A stretch of DNA of 64,000 nucleotides, taken from contig CAYZIB010000005.1 in NCBI GenBank assembly GCA_964478425.1, forward strand, positions 5,297 to 69,296. Reading direction: 5' to 3'. How positions within the stretch are numbered: position 1 is the first letter of the stretch; each line of letters opens with the position of its first letter. The position numbers and the translations under genes are program-made. The DNA comes from an uncultured Anaeroplasmatales bacterium (lineage in GTDB: Bacteria; Bacillota_I; Bacilli_A; Acholeplasmatales; WRBM01). Positions 17,126 through 25,876 of this stretch are shown here, in pieces. The notes under the pieces are model-generated. The model was not told the DNA's origin, did no database searches, and saw only the letters and a list, made by a program, of their open reading frames with translations.

Positions 17126-19299
17126 TGGCTGATAAAAAAATGAAATTACAAGTTAATGATTTAAAAATTTCATTTAGAACTAACAATGGTCGTGTACAAG
17201 CAGTAAGAAATATTTCATTTGATTTATTTGAAGGAGAAACTTTAGCTATTGTTGGTGAATCAGGAAGTGGTAAATCAGTCACTTCTCGTGCAATTATGGG
17301 AATACTTGCTCCAAATGCAATTGTTGAAAGTGGAGAAATCTTATATGATGGAAAAGATTTAATGCAAATAACAGAAGATGATTTCCATTCATTAAGAGGA
17401 GACAAAATATCAATGGTTTTCCAAGATCCATTATCAAGTTTAAATCCAATTGTTAAAATTGGAAAACAATTAACTGAAGCAATGATCTTGAAAAATAAAT
17501 TAACAAGAAAAGAAAATAGTGTTAAATTAAAAAATGCATTTAAAATCTTAGAAGAAAACATGATTGAAGTATTAGGACCAAAAGATCCTAATACAATAAA
17601 AAAAGTCAAAAATGATATAAGTGAATTCAAATTATTTGTTAATAAATATATTGAATTACAAAATGCTTATAATGATTCAATAGAAATGTTAGGTTATGCA
17701 AAAAAAGACCTTACAAATGTTAAATTATTATTAGAAAAGAAAGTAAAAACAAATTTATTAAAATCATTAGTTTCAGCTAATAAATTTATTTTAAGCAGTA
17801 AAAATAAATATACATTAGATGAAACAACAGCAAACAAATACGATTTATTAAATATAATAGCTAACGTACAAAAAGATGATTTTAATTTTGATGAAGCATA
17901 TGATACAATTTCTAATTTATTATCTGATGTATCTGATGCTTTAAATAAAGTTTCACCAAATTTCTTTTCATTAGGTTATTATTTAGTAAAAAATAATAAT
18001 CAAGAACCTAATTTTACTGATGTAAATGAAATGAATGCATATAATAGAAAATATTTAGATGATAATTTTATGCTTGAATTTATTTCAGATTTAGAAAAAG
18101 GTGTAAGAAATGTATTTGATACAAAAAATGAAGCTAAAAAAGAAGCAATTGTTAAATTAGAAGATGTATTATCTTATATTAAAAATAATAAAACTCTAAA
18201 TAAAAAAGAAGCAAATACAATTTTTAATGAATTATATAAATATGTTAATAAATGTAATAATTCTTTAAGAATCGGTAAAGACACTTTTACAACAACATTT
18301 GAACCAACTATAAGAAAAAATTTAGATTTATATTTTAATTCAGATAAATTAAATGCTGAAAATAAAAAGAAATATAATAAAGAAAAAGCTAAATTTGATA
18401 AAATAGTTTCTAAAGGTAAAAAACCTTCATATTCAGTTGCAGAACCAAATTATTTAGATGAAAATATTATTAAATTTAATATTAAAAGAATTATTAATAA
18501 ATTAATTGATAGTTATAAAAATGATATTACAAATTATGAACATTTTAATTCTCATGATTATACAATTTCAATTATTGATTATTTAAAAGAATTATCAGGA
18601 AATACTGTATATAAAGTATCAAGAAGAAGCGCAAAAGAACGTGCATTAATTTTAATGGAAGAAGTAGGTATTCCAGAACCAGAAAAAAGATATAATCAAT
18701 ATCCGTTCCAATTTTCTGGAGGTATGCGTCAAAGAATAGTTATTGCAATTGCTTTATCAGCAAACCCTGATGTATTAATTTGTGATGAACCAACAACAGC
18801 ACTTGATGTTACTATTCAAGCACAAATTCTAGAATTAATAAATAAACTTAAAAAAGAACGTAATTTATCAATCATATTTATTACTCACGATTTAGGAGTA
18901 GTTGCTAATATGGCTGATAGAATAGCTGTTATGTATGCAGGTAAAATTGTTGAATACGGTTTAAAAGAAGAATTATTCTACGATCCTAAACATCCTTATA
19001 CATGGGCTTTACTTGCATCAATGCCAGACTTAGAAACAAAAGAAAAATTATCTCCTATCCCAGGTACACCTCCAAATATGATTTACCCACCAAAAGGTGA
19101 TGCATTTGCTGCAAGAAACAAATATGCTTTAAAAATTGATTTTGAAAAGCAACCACCTTTATTTAAGGTTACAGATACACACTATGCAGCAACTTGGTTA
19201 TTACATCCAGATGCACCTAAAACAACACCACCAACAATCGTTACAGAAAGAATAAATCGAATGATTAATGAAGAAAAGGAAGTAAAAGATAATGAATAA
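17125..19299 (+). CDS. oppD: oligopeptide ABC transporter ATPase with about 370-aa insertion
   Basis: 724 aa. Walker A is GESGSGKS, the Q-loop is MVFQDP, the signature is FSGGMRQR and Walker B is LICDEPTTALD. The oligopeptide C-terminal domain contains HPYT. Q-loop and signature are about 430 aa apart instead of about 50. Confidence 0.88.
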   Translation: MADKKMKLQVNDLKISFRTNNGRVQAVRNISFDLFEGETLAIVGESGSGKSVTSRAIMGILAPNAIVESGEILYDGKDLMQITEDDFHSLRGDKISMVFQDPLSSLNPIVKIGKQLTEAMILKNKLTRKENSVKLKNAFKILEENMIEVLGPKDPNTIKKVKNDISEFKLFVNKYIELQNAYNDSIEMLGYAKKDLTNVKLLLEKKVKTNLLKSLVSANKFILSSKNKYTLDETTANKYDLLNIIANVQKDDFNFDEAYDTISNLLSDVSDALNKVSPNFFSLGYYLVKNNNQEPNFTDVNEMNAYNRKYLDDNFMLEFISDLEKGVRNVFDTKNEAKKEAIVKLEDVLSYIKNNKTLNKKEANTIFNELYKYVNKCNNSLRIGKDTFTTTFEPTIRKNLDLYFNSDKLNAENKKKYNKEKAKFDKIVSKGKKPSYSVAEPNYLDENIIKFNIKRIINKLIDSYKNDITNYEHFNSHDYTISIIDYLKELSGNTVYKVSRRSAKERALILMEEVGIPEPEKRYNQYPFQFSGGMRQRIVIAIALSANPDVLICDEPTTALDVTIQAQILELINKLKKERNLSIIFITHDLGVVANMADRIAVMYAGKIVEYGLKEELFYDPKHPYTWALLASMPDLETKEKLSPIPGTPPNMIYPPKGDAFAARNKYALKIDFEKQPPLFKVTDTHYAATWLLHPDAPKTTPPTIVTERINRMINEEKEVKDNE

Positions 19300-20524
19300 T
19301 AATGAAAAAATTCTTGAAGTCCAAAATTTAAAACAATATTTTAAAATTGGAGGCAGCTATATAAAAGCTGTTGATGATGTATCATTCGATATATATAAAG
19401 GTGAAGTTTTTGGAATAGTTGGTGAATCAGGATGTGGTAAAACTACAACCGGTAGATCAATTATTAGATTATATGAACCATCAAGTGGTGTAGTTCGTTT
19501 TAAAGGACAAATTATATCATCTGGAGTGATGGATATTAAATTAAATATTAAAAAAACTAAAAAAGAAAAAAATAACGCATTAAAATCATTAGATAAAAAT
19601 TCAACTAATTATAATGAAGAAAAAGAAGAATTATTAAAAAAATATAACTCTTTAATTCATGATTTAGAAACATCTTTATCTAATGCAAAATGGGATCAAA
19701 AACATGGAGCTGATAAATATGTTCTTGATCAAATTAATGAAATAGAAGAAAAATATAAAGAATTATTAGCTAATTCAACTTCTAAAGAAGAAACATTAAA
19801 ATTAAAAGCTAAGAAAAAAGAAGAAATAAATCTTGCTAAGAAAAATAAATTAATGAAAAAAATGCAAATGATTTTTCAAGATCCTATTGCATCATTAGAT
19901 CCAAGAATGACTGTTCATGAAATTATATCTGAAGGATTAATTATTCGTGGAATAAAAGATAAAAAATATATTGATGAAAAAGTAAAAGAAGTATTAGAAT
20001 TAGTAGGTCTTTTACCTGAACATGCAACAAGATATCCTCATGAATTTTCAGGAGGACAACGTCAAAGAATTGGTATAGCACGTGCAATTATTATGGAACC
20101 TGAATTGATTATAGCTGATGAACCTATTAGTGCATTAGACGTTTCAATTCAAGCTCAAGTTATGAATTTATTAAATGAATTAAGAGAAAAAATGAATCTA
20201 ACAATCATTTTTATCGCTCATAACTTATCAGTAGTTAAATATTTTTCAGATAGAATAGCTGTTATGTACTTTGGTAAAATAGTTGAACTTGCTACATGTG
20301 AAGAATTATTTAAAAATCCTTTACATCCATATACAAAAGCATTATTATCTGCAATCCCACTACCAGATCCAAGATATGAAGAAAAACGTAAAAGAATAGT
20401 ATATGATCCAATCTTAGCACATGATTATTCAACTGATTTACCTGAATTAAAAGAAATAACAGAAGGTCATTTTATTCATTGTAATAATCAAGAATTCGAA
20501 GCTTATAAGAAAGAATTAAAATAA
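19292..20524 (+). CDS. oppF: oligopeptide ABC transporter ATPase with about 105-aa insertion
   Basis: 410 aa. Walker A is GESGCGKT, the Q-loop is MIFQDP, the signature is FSGGQRQR and Walker B is IIADEPISALD. HPYTKALL is present. A K/E/N-rich insert lies between Walker A and the Q-loop. Confidence 0.88.
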   Translation: MNNNEKILEVQNLKQYFKIGGSYIKAVDDVSFDIYKGEVFGIVGESGCGKTTTGRSIIRLYEPSSGVVRFKGQIISSGVMDIKLNIKKTKKEKNNALKSLDKNSTNYNEEKEELLKKYNSLIHDLETSLSNAKWDQKHGADKYVLDQINEIEEKYKELLANSTSKEETLKLKAKKKEEINLAKKNKLMKKMQMIFQDPIASLDPRMTVHEIISEGLIIRGIKDKKYIDEKVKEVLELVGLLPEHATRYPHEFSGGQRQRIGIARAIIMEPELIIADEPISALDVSIQAQVMNLLNELREKMNLTIIFIAHNLSVVKYFSDRIAVMYFGKIVELATCEELFKNPLHPYTKALLSAIPLPDPRYEEKRKRIVYDPILAHDYSTDLPELKEITEGHFIHCNNQEFEAYKKELK

Positions 20525-20958
20525 TGTTAGAATTTTTAAATAAACATAAATCTACATTAATTTCATTTGGTGTTGGTTTAATAATATGTTTAATAATATT
20601 ACTAATTAATGGATGTTTTAAATATGAATCAACTATTGAAACTATAAAAGATTTATGCGATGGATTTTCAATCTCAGGATTTTTACTAATTAGTTTTGGA
20701 CTTATGGTTTTTATTGGTAACGAAGGAACATTTAGTATATTATCATTTGGAGTTAAAAAATTGATTTCCTTATTTACTCCTAATGTTTATACAGAAAGTT
20801 ATTATGATCATAAGAAAAAAAGAGTTGATAATAAAGCTCCATATTCTCATCTTATAATTAGTGGACTAATATTATTTTTTATAGGTATGATATTTTTAAT
20901 TATATTTAATAATATGTATGTACCTGAAACATTAAATTTAATAAAAACAATAATTTAA
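20524..20958 (+). CDS. small membrane protein (DUF3899-like)
   Basis: 144 aa with 3-4 TM helices. The pattern GFSISGFLLISFGLMVFIGNEGTFSILSFG resembles DUF3899. It is translationally coupled to oppF through an ATAATG junction. Confidence 0.4.
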   Translation: MLEFLNKHKSTLISFGVGLIICLIILLINGCFKYESTIETIKDLCDGFSISGFLLISFGLMVFIGNEGTFSILSFGVKKLISLFTPNVYTESYYDHKKKRVDNKAPYSHLIISGLILFFIGMIFLIIFNNMYVPETLNLIKTII

Positions 20959-20987
20959 ACCCATTTTTTGGGTTTTTATTTTTTTAT
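20957..20987 (+). terminator. intrinsic terminator ending the opp transcription unit
   Basis: A stem pairs AAACCCA with TGGGTTT around a T-rich loop. TTATTTTTTT follows. Confidence 0.75.
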
Positions 20988-21062
20988 TTTAATTTAATAA
21001 ATTACATTTTATTATAAATTATGCTAAAATATTAGTAGTAAAAAAATATTTCAAAACACTAA

Positions 21063-21077
21063 TAGTTTTCAAAACTA
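21063..21077. promoter_or_regulatory. palindrome TAGTTTTcAAAACTA in the hemW leader
   Basis: A perfect 7+1+7 inverted repeat. It lies downstream of a candidate extended -10, TGcTAAAAT, at about 21022-21030. Confidence 0.25.
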
Positions 21078-21171
21078 GATTAATTAATCAAAAACATCAT
21101 AAAATATACTATATAAAAATACAATATTTTGTTTTATAAACTATTAATTAGTCGAAAAAAGGAGAATAATC

Positions 21172-22275
21172 ATGCAGGGACTTTATATACATATTCCTTT
21201 TTGTAAAAATATTTGCTCATATTGCGATTTTTTTAAAAGAATAGCTACCAATAAGGATATGACAGAAAAATACGTTAAAACGCTTATTTTAGAGCTTAAA
21301 ACGCATGATTTATCAAAAATAGATACAATTTATATTGGTGGTGGAACTCCAAATTCACTTGATTTAGATGTTTTAGAACAATTATTAAGTTATATAAACA
21401 GTTTAAATTTAAATATAAAAGAATATACTATAGAATTAAATTTAAAGTTTATAACTGATGATTTAATTAAATTACTAAAAAAATATAATATTACAAGATT
21501 AAGTATTGGAGTTGAAACTTTAAATAATAAATTATATGAAGTAATTAATCGTTATGAAAGTTATAATGATTTAAAATCTAAATTAATTAAATTAAATAAA
21601 AATGGATTTAATAATATTAATTTAGATTTTATATTTGCTATACCTAATCAAACATTTAAAGATCTAAAAAAGGATTTAAGATCTATTAAAAAATTAAAAA
21701 AATATATTACTCATATTTCTTATTATAATCTTATTTTAGAAGATAAAAGTATTTTAAAACATCAAATAGTAAATAATAAATATAAAATGCTTAATCCTGA
21801 TTTAGAAGCAAAATATTATTTATACATTATCTCTTATTTAAAAAAATTAAAATTTTATCAATATGAAGTAAGTAGTTTTTCTAAAAAAAATTATAATTCA
21901 ATTCATAATTTAAAATATTGGAATTTAGAAAATTATATTGGAGTTGGAAGTGGTGCTTCAGGCTTTATTTTTAATAAAAGATATGATAAAATAAAAAATG
22001 TTACAAAATATATTGATAATTTTAAACTTCAAAATGAATTAATATTATCTAATGAAGAATTATTAAAAGAATATATATTTTTAGGACTTAGAAAAATAAA
22101 TGGGATAAATATAAATAAAATAAATGAGTTATTTAAGATTGATTTTTTAAATAAATATCCTTTTGTTTTATTTTATGTAAAAAATAAATTTATGAAAATT
22201 AATAAAAATTTTGATTTATTTTTTACTAAAAAAGGTTTATTAGTTGAAAACCAAATATTGGAGAAATTTATATGA
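21172..22275 (+). CDS. hemW: radical SAM heme chaperone HemW (oxygen-independent coproporphyrinogen oxidase-like)
   Basis: 367 aa. LYIHIPFCKNICSYCDF carries the CxxxCxxC motif. The HemN_C-like C-terminus is present. Confidence 0.85.
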   Translation: MQGLYIHIPFCKNICSYCDFFKRIATNKDMTEKYVKTLILELKTHDLSKIDTIYIGGGTPNSLDLDVLEQLLSYINSLNLNIKEYTIELNLKFITDDLIKLLKKYNITRLSIGVETLNNKLYEVINRYESYNDLKSKLIKLNKNGFNNINLDFIFAIPNQTFKDLKKDLRSIKKLKKYITHISYYNLILEDKSILKHQIVNNKYKMLNPDLEAKYYLYIISYLKKLKFYQYEVSSFSKKNYNSIHNLKYWNLENYIGVGSGASGFIFNKRYDKIKNVTKYIDNFKLQNELILSNEELLKEYIFLGLRKINGININKINELFKIDFLNKYPFVLFYVKNKFMKINKNFDLFFTKKGLLVENQILEKFI

Positions 22276-23180
22276 ATTTAAAAAGTATTTTAAAAGATTA
22301 TGAATATTATTTAAAAAGAGAAAAAGGATATAGTATTAATACTATTAATAGTTATTTAAAAGATATATCACTTTACTTAGATTATTTAATAAAAAAAAAT
22401 AACATAAATAATATAAAAGAAATAAAAGAAGAAGATATCTTAAAATATTTAAAAAAATTAAAAAAAGATAATATTTCTTCAACTTCAATTTCAAGAAAAA
22501 TATCAGCAATTAAAAATTTTCATAATTTTTATAAATTAGAATATGATTTAAAAGATGTAAGTTTTAATATTAAAACTCCAAAAATTGAAAAAAAATTACC
22601 ACAAGTTTTATCTGTTGAAGAAATTAATCGACTTATTGATTCAATTGATTTAAAAACACCTATTGGTTTAAGAAATAAAGCTTTAATTGAAACTTTGTAT
22701 GCTACAGGTTTAAGAGTATCTGAATTATTAAATATTAAATTAAGTGATATTAATTTAAATAAATCATATATTATTACACTTGGTAAAGGTGATAAAGAAA
22801 GAAAAGTAATTATTGGAGAATATGCATTACAAGCGATTAAAACATATATTTTAGAGGCTAGAACTAAATTATTAAAAGGTTATAACCCTTATTTATTTTT
22901 AAACTATAAAGGAGAACAAATTTCAAGACAAGGATTTTATAAAATATTAGATGAATTAAGAATAAACGCTAATATTGATAAAGAAATATCTCCGCATACA
23001 TTAAGACATAGTTTTGCAACACATTTATTACAAAATGGAGTTGATTTAAGATATGTACAAGAATTATTAGGACATACAAATTTGCAAACAACTCAAATAT
23101 ATACACATATTGCAAAAGATAAATTAAAAGAAACATTCTTATATGCAAATCCAAGAAGAAAGGAAGATAAAGATGAGTAA
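22272..23180 (+). CDS. xerD: site-specific tyrosine recombinase XerD
   Basis: 302 aa. Catalytic blocks are ATGLRVSEL, HTLRHSFATHLL and LLGHTNLQTTQIYTH. xerD-deoB adjacency matches B. subtilis ripX-drm. Confidence 0.85.
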   Translation: MNLKSILKDYEYYLKREKGYSINTINSYLKDISLYLDYLIKKNNINNIKEIKEEDILKYLKKLKKDNISSTSISRKISAIKNFHNFYKLEYDLKDVSFNIKTPKIEKKLPQVLSVEEINRLIDSIDLKTPIGLRNKALIETLYATGLRVSELLNIKLSDINLNKSYIITLGKGDKERKVIIGEYALQAIKTYILEARTKLLKGYNPYLFLNYKGEQISRQGFYKILDELRINANIDKEISPHTLRHSFATHLLQNGVDLRYVQELLGHTNLQTTQIYTHIAKDKLKETFLYANPRRKEDKDE

Positions 23181-24354
23181 AAGAGTATTTTTAATTGTAA
23201 TTGATAGCGTTGGTATTGGTTATTTACCAGATGCTTATAAATATGATGATGTAGGAGCAAACACATTAGTAAATATTGCTAAATATAATAATGGTTTGAA
23301 TTTACCTACACTAAAAAAATTAGGATTAGGAAATATTGAAAAAATAAAAGGAGTAGATCCAGTTATTAACCCACTTGCTTCATATGGTAAAATGAGTGAA
23401 TTATCTGTTGGTAAAGATACAATGACAGGTCATTGGGAAATGATGGGTTTATTAACTAAAAAACCGTTTATAACATTTACTGAAACAGGATTTCCAAATG
23501 AATTAATAAAAGAATTAGAAGATAAAACAGGATATAAATTTATTGGTAATATCTCAGCATCAGGAACTGAAATAATTAAAGATTTAGGAGAACAACACTT
23601 AAAAACAAATGAATTAATTATTTATACATCACAAGATTCTGTATTACAAATTGCAGCAAATGAAAAAATTGTTCCAATTAATGAGCTTTATAGAATATGT
23701 AGTATAGCAAGAAAAATCACCTTAAAAGATGAATGGAAAGTTGGTAGAGTAATCGCAAGACCATTTGTTGGTGATAATAAACTAAATTTTACAAGAACAG
23801 CAAATAGACATGATTATGCTTTAAAACCATTTGATAAAACAGTTTTAGATAGTTTAAAAGAAAATAATTATGATTCAATAGGAATTGGGAAAATTAATGA
23901 TATTTTTGATGGCGAAGGTATAACTGAACATTATAAAAATTTATCTAATAATAATGGAATGGATCATATTATAAATGTAGCTAAAAAAGATTTTAATGGA
24001 TTATGTTTTTTAAATTTAGTTGATTTTGATGCTATATATGGTCATAGAAGAAATCCTGTTGGATATAAAGATTGTTTAGTAGAATTTGATAATAGATTAA
24101 GTGAATTAATAGATATTTTAAAAGATGATGATTTATTGATTATTACAGCTGATCATGGAAATGATCCAACATTTAAAGGAACTGATCATACTAGAGAATA
24201 TGTTCCATTATTAGTTTATGAGAAAAATTTAAAATCAACTAATTTAGGAATTAGAGAATCATTTGCAGATATAGGAGCAACGATTGCTGAAATATTTAAT
24301 ATTGAAAAGCCTAAAATTGGTAAATCATTTTTAAATGAAATAAAACGAGATTAA
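23173..24354 (+). CDS. deoB: phosphopentomutase
   Basis: MSKRVFLIVIDSVGIG..., TGHWE and ITADHGNDP are present. The ATG at 23173 follows AGGAAG. The track start at 23143 lies inside xerD and has no RBS. Confidence 0.92.
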   Translation: MSKRVFLIVIDSVGIGYLPDAYKYDDVGANTLVNIAKYNNGLNLPTLKKLGLGNIEKIKGVDPVINPLASYGKMSELSVGKDTMTGHWEMMGLLTKKPFITFTETGFPNELIKELEDKTGYKFIGNISASGTEIIKDLGEQHLKTNELIIYTSQDSVLQIAANEKIVPINELYRICSIARKITLKDEWKVGRVIARPFVGDNKLNFTRTANRHDYALKPFDKTVLDSLKENNYDSIGIGKINDIFDGEGITEHYKNLSNNNGMDHIINVAKKDFNGLCFLNLVDFDAIYGHRRNPVGYKDCLVEFDNRLSELIDILKDDDLLIITADHGNDPTFKGTDHTREYVPLLVYEKNLKSTNLGIRESFADIGATIAEIFNIEKPKIGKSFLNEIKRD

Positions 24355-24385
24355 AAAATCTTGTTTTTTTTTTACAAAAATTAAT

Positions 24386-24425
24386 AACTCTACATAATTA
24401 ATAAAAGTAGAGTTTTTTATTTTTT
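24386..24425 (+). terminator. intrinsic terminator after deoB
   Basis: An 8-bp stem pairs AACTCTAC with GTAGAGTT around a 13-nt loop. A T-run follows. Confidence 0.6.
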
Positions 24426-24706
24426 TATATAAAAATATTGGACTTTATTGTCATGTTTATTATCTAACTTTTCCACATTTTTTAAAATTTTCTGATAACT
24501 ACAATGTAATTTATTGGTTTACATAATATACATTATAGGAACAAATAAAGATATGAAAAATAAAAAAATAAAATAGTTTTAAAAGGATTTTTACTTCTTT
24601 TGATTATAAAAAATCAATATATTTAAATAAAACAATCTAAATAAACATGCTCAAAAAAAATATTTTGACCGAATTTATTCTACTATCACTTAAAAAATAG
24701 CAAAAT

Positions 24707-24748
24707 AAAAAGCGATTTGTCGAATAAATATCAAACCGATCGCTTTTT
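24707..24748 (-). terminator. terminator of the Fic-like gene (potentially bidirectional)
   Basis: A 9-10-bp stem pairs AAAAGCGAT with ATCGCTTTT. The loop is large, 22 nt. A/T runs flank it on both sides. Confidence 0.45.
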
Positions 24749-24764
24749 ATCGAATTTTTTATAA

Positions 24765-25835
24765 TCAATCGCTAAAATCGAATAAACCTTTTTCTTTTTC
24801 TATTTTAATTTTTTGAGGAGTTTCAATAGTTTTAATCCATTTAGCACTTCTCCCTGTTCCTAATGGTTTAATCTTATTTTCATCTCTTAATCGCTTTAAT
24901 GTTCTATTAATTGTTGAATCTGATACATAAGGATATTTTAATCTAATATCATCTTTAGTAAATAAATTATCAAATTTTAAAATTATATTTTCGATACTAT
25001 CAGATTTGTTTAATTCTTTTTCAAATAAATAATCTCTTACAATAGGTTCTAACTTCTTATATCCTTCTAAAAGAAATCTTATAATTAATTGATTTAAATA
25101 TTTAGTTTGAGAAAATCCTTCATCCCAATTAAAATTAGCTTGTAAAATAGTTTTTTTAAACGATTCATAGTTTTTATATAATATATTAAAAAAACTCACA
25201 TATTTAAAAACATTAAATCCTTCTTTATATAAAAGTATATATAATATAAATATTCCTAATTCTTCATTATTAGATGTAAAAATATCCATATTTAAAAAAT
25301 CAACATAAAAATTAGTAATTAATAAAGTAAGTTCATATAAATTTGAATCTAATTTATTTTGAAAATCTTTTAATAAATTATTTAGTTCTTCTCTTTTTGA
25401 TTTAGTTTTTCTTTCTAATTTTAATAATGATTTATCAATAGTTTTTATTTGATTAAAACTAATTTGTTTATAATTTTTAAATAAAAATCTTGCAAAATCT
25501 AAAAATTGATTTGGAGTATATTCAAATCCATCTTTTTTAAACTGAATTTCATTAAAAACTTGTTTAATATTGTTAATTAATACTTCTGTTTTATTTTTAG
25601 GAACTAAATCTTTTTTTATTAATAACTTTAATCTTGCATCAGTAATATCTAAATCAAATAATTTTGCGACAAAAAATGTATTTTCATAGATAATTTCTTC
25701 CATTAATTTTAAAGAATCATCTTCTAAACAATTATCATAATAAAATTCTTTACCTTTAAATTCATATACCTTAATTAAATCCATCACCATATCTACTTTT
25801 AAGGTGATTCTTTCCATATTTGATAAACAATTCAT
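24765..25835 (-). CDS. Fic/DOC-architecture protein with degenerate active-site motif and C-terminal winged HTH
   Basis: 356 aa. The overall layout parallels Fic proteins. The HPFx[D/E]GNGR position reads NMDIFTSNNEELGI (aa 182-195). The C-terminus ...YVSDSTINRTLKRLRDENKIKPLGTGRSAKW is the typical Fic-associated wHTH. Confidence 0.5.
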   Translation of the reverse strand: MNCLSNMERITLKVDMVMDLIKVYEFKGKEFYYDNCLEDDSLKLMEEIIYENTFFVAKLFDLDITDARLKLLIKKDLVPKNKTEVLINNIKQVFNEIQFKKDGFEYTPNQFLDFARFLFKNYKQISFNQIKTIDKSLLKLERKTKSKREELNNLLKDFQNKLDSNLYELTLLITNFYVDFLNMDIFTSNNEELGIFILYILLYKEGFNVFKYVSFFNILYKNYESFKKTILQANFNWDEGFSQTKYLNQLIIRFLLEGYKKLEPIVRDYLFEKELNKSDSIENIILKFDNLFTKDDIRLKYPYVSDSTINRTLKRLRDENKIKPLGTGRSAKWIKTIETPQKIKIEKEKGLFDFSD

Positions 25836-25845
25836 ATGACTATAA

Positions 25846-25867
25846 AAAAGCCTTTTAAAGGGCTTTT
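25846..25867 (-). terminator. hairpin between the nucleoside-kinase gene and the Fic-like gene
   Basis: A stem pairs AAAAGCC with GGCTTTT. On the minus strand TT follows. Confidence 0.4.
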
Positions 25868-25876
25868 AAATCAATT

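Noticed and set aside
17094-17630. 178-aa minus-strand ORF spanning the oppC/oppD junction.
   Set aside because: It is antisense to the conserved OppD Walker A and Q-loop region. It is a shadow ORF with no independent signals.
22272-23180. Tyrosine recombinase as a marker of a phage, integrative element or mobile element.
   Set aside because: Sequence blocks and the conserved xerD-deoB neighbourhood indicate the chromosomal dimer-resolution XerD. There are no flanking att-like repeats or phage genes.
24660-24790. Cluster of CG-containing CGAAT and ATCGCT words in an otherwise CG-poor spacer.
   Set aside because: Most are accounted for by the terminator stem (AAAAGCGAT/ATCGCTTTT) and the last codons of the Fic-like gene. 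No consistent repeat unit or spacing emerged.
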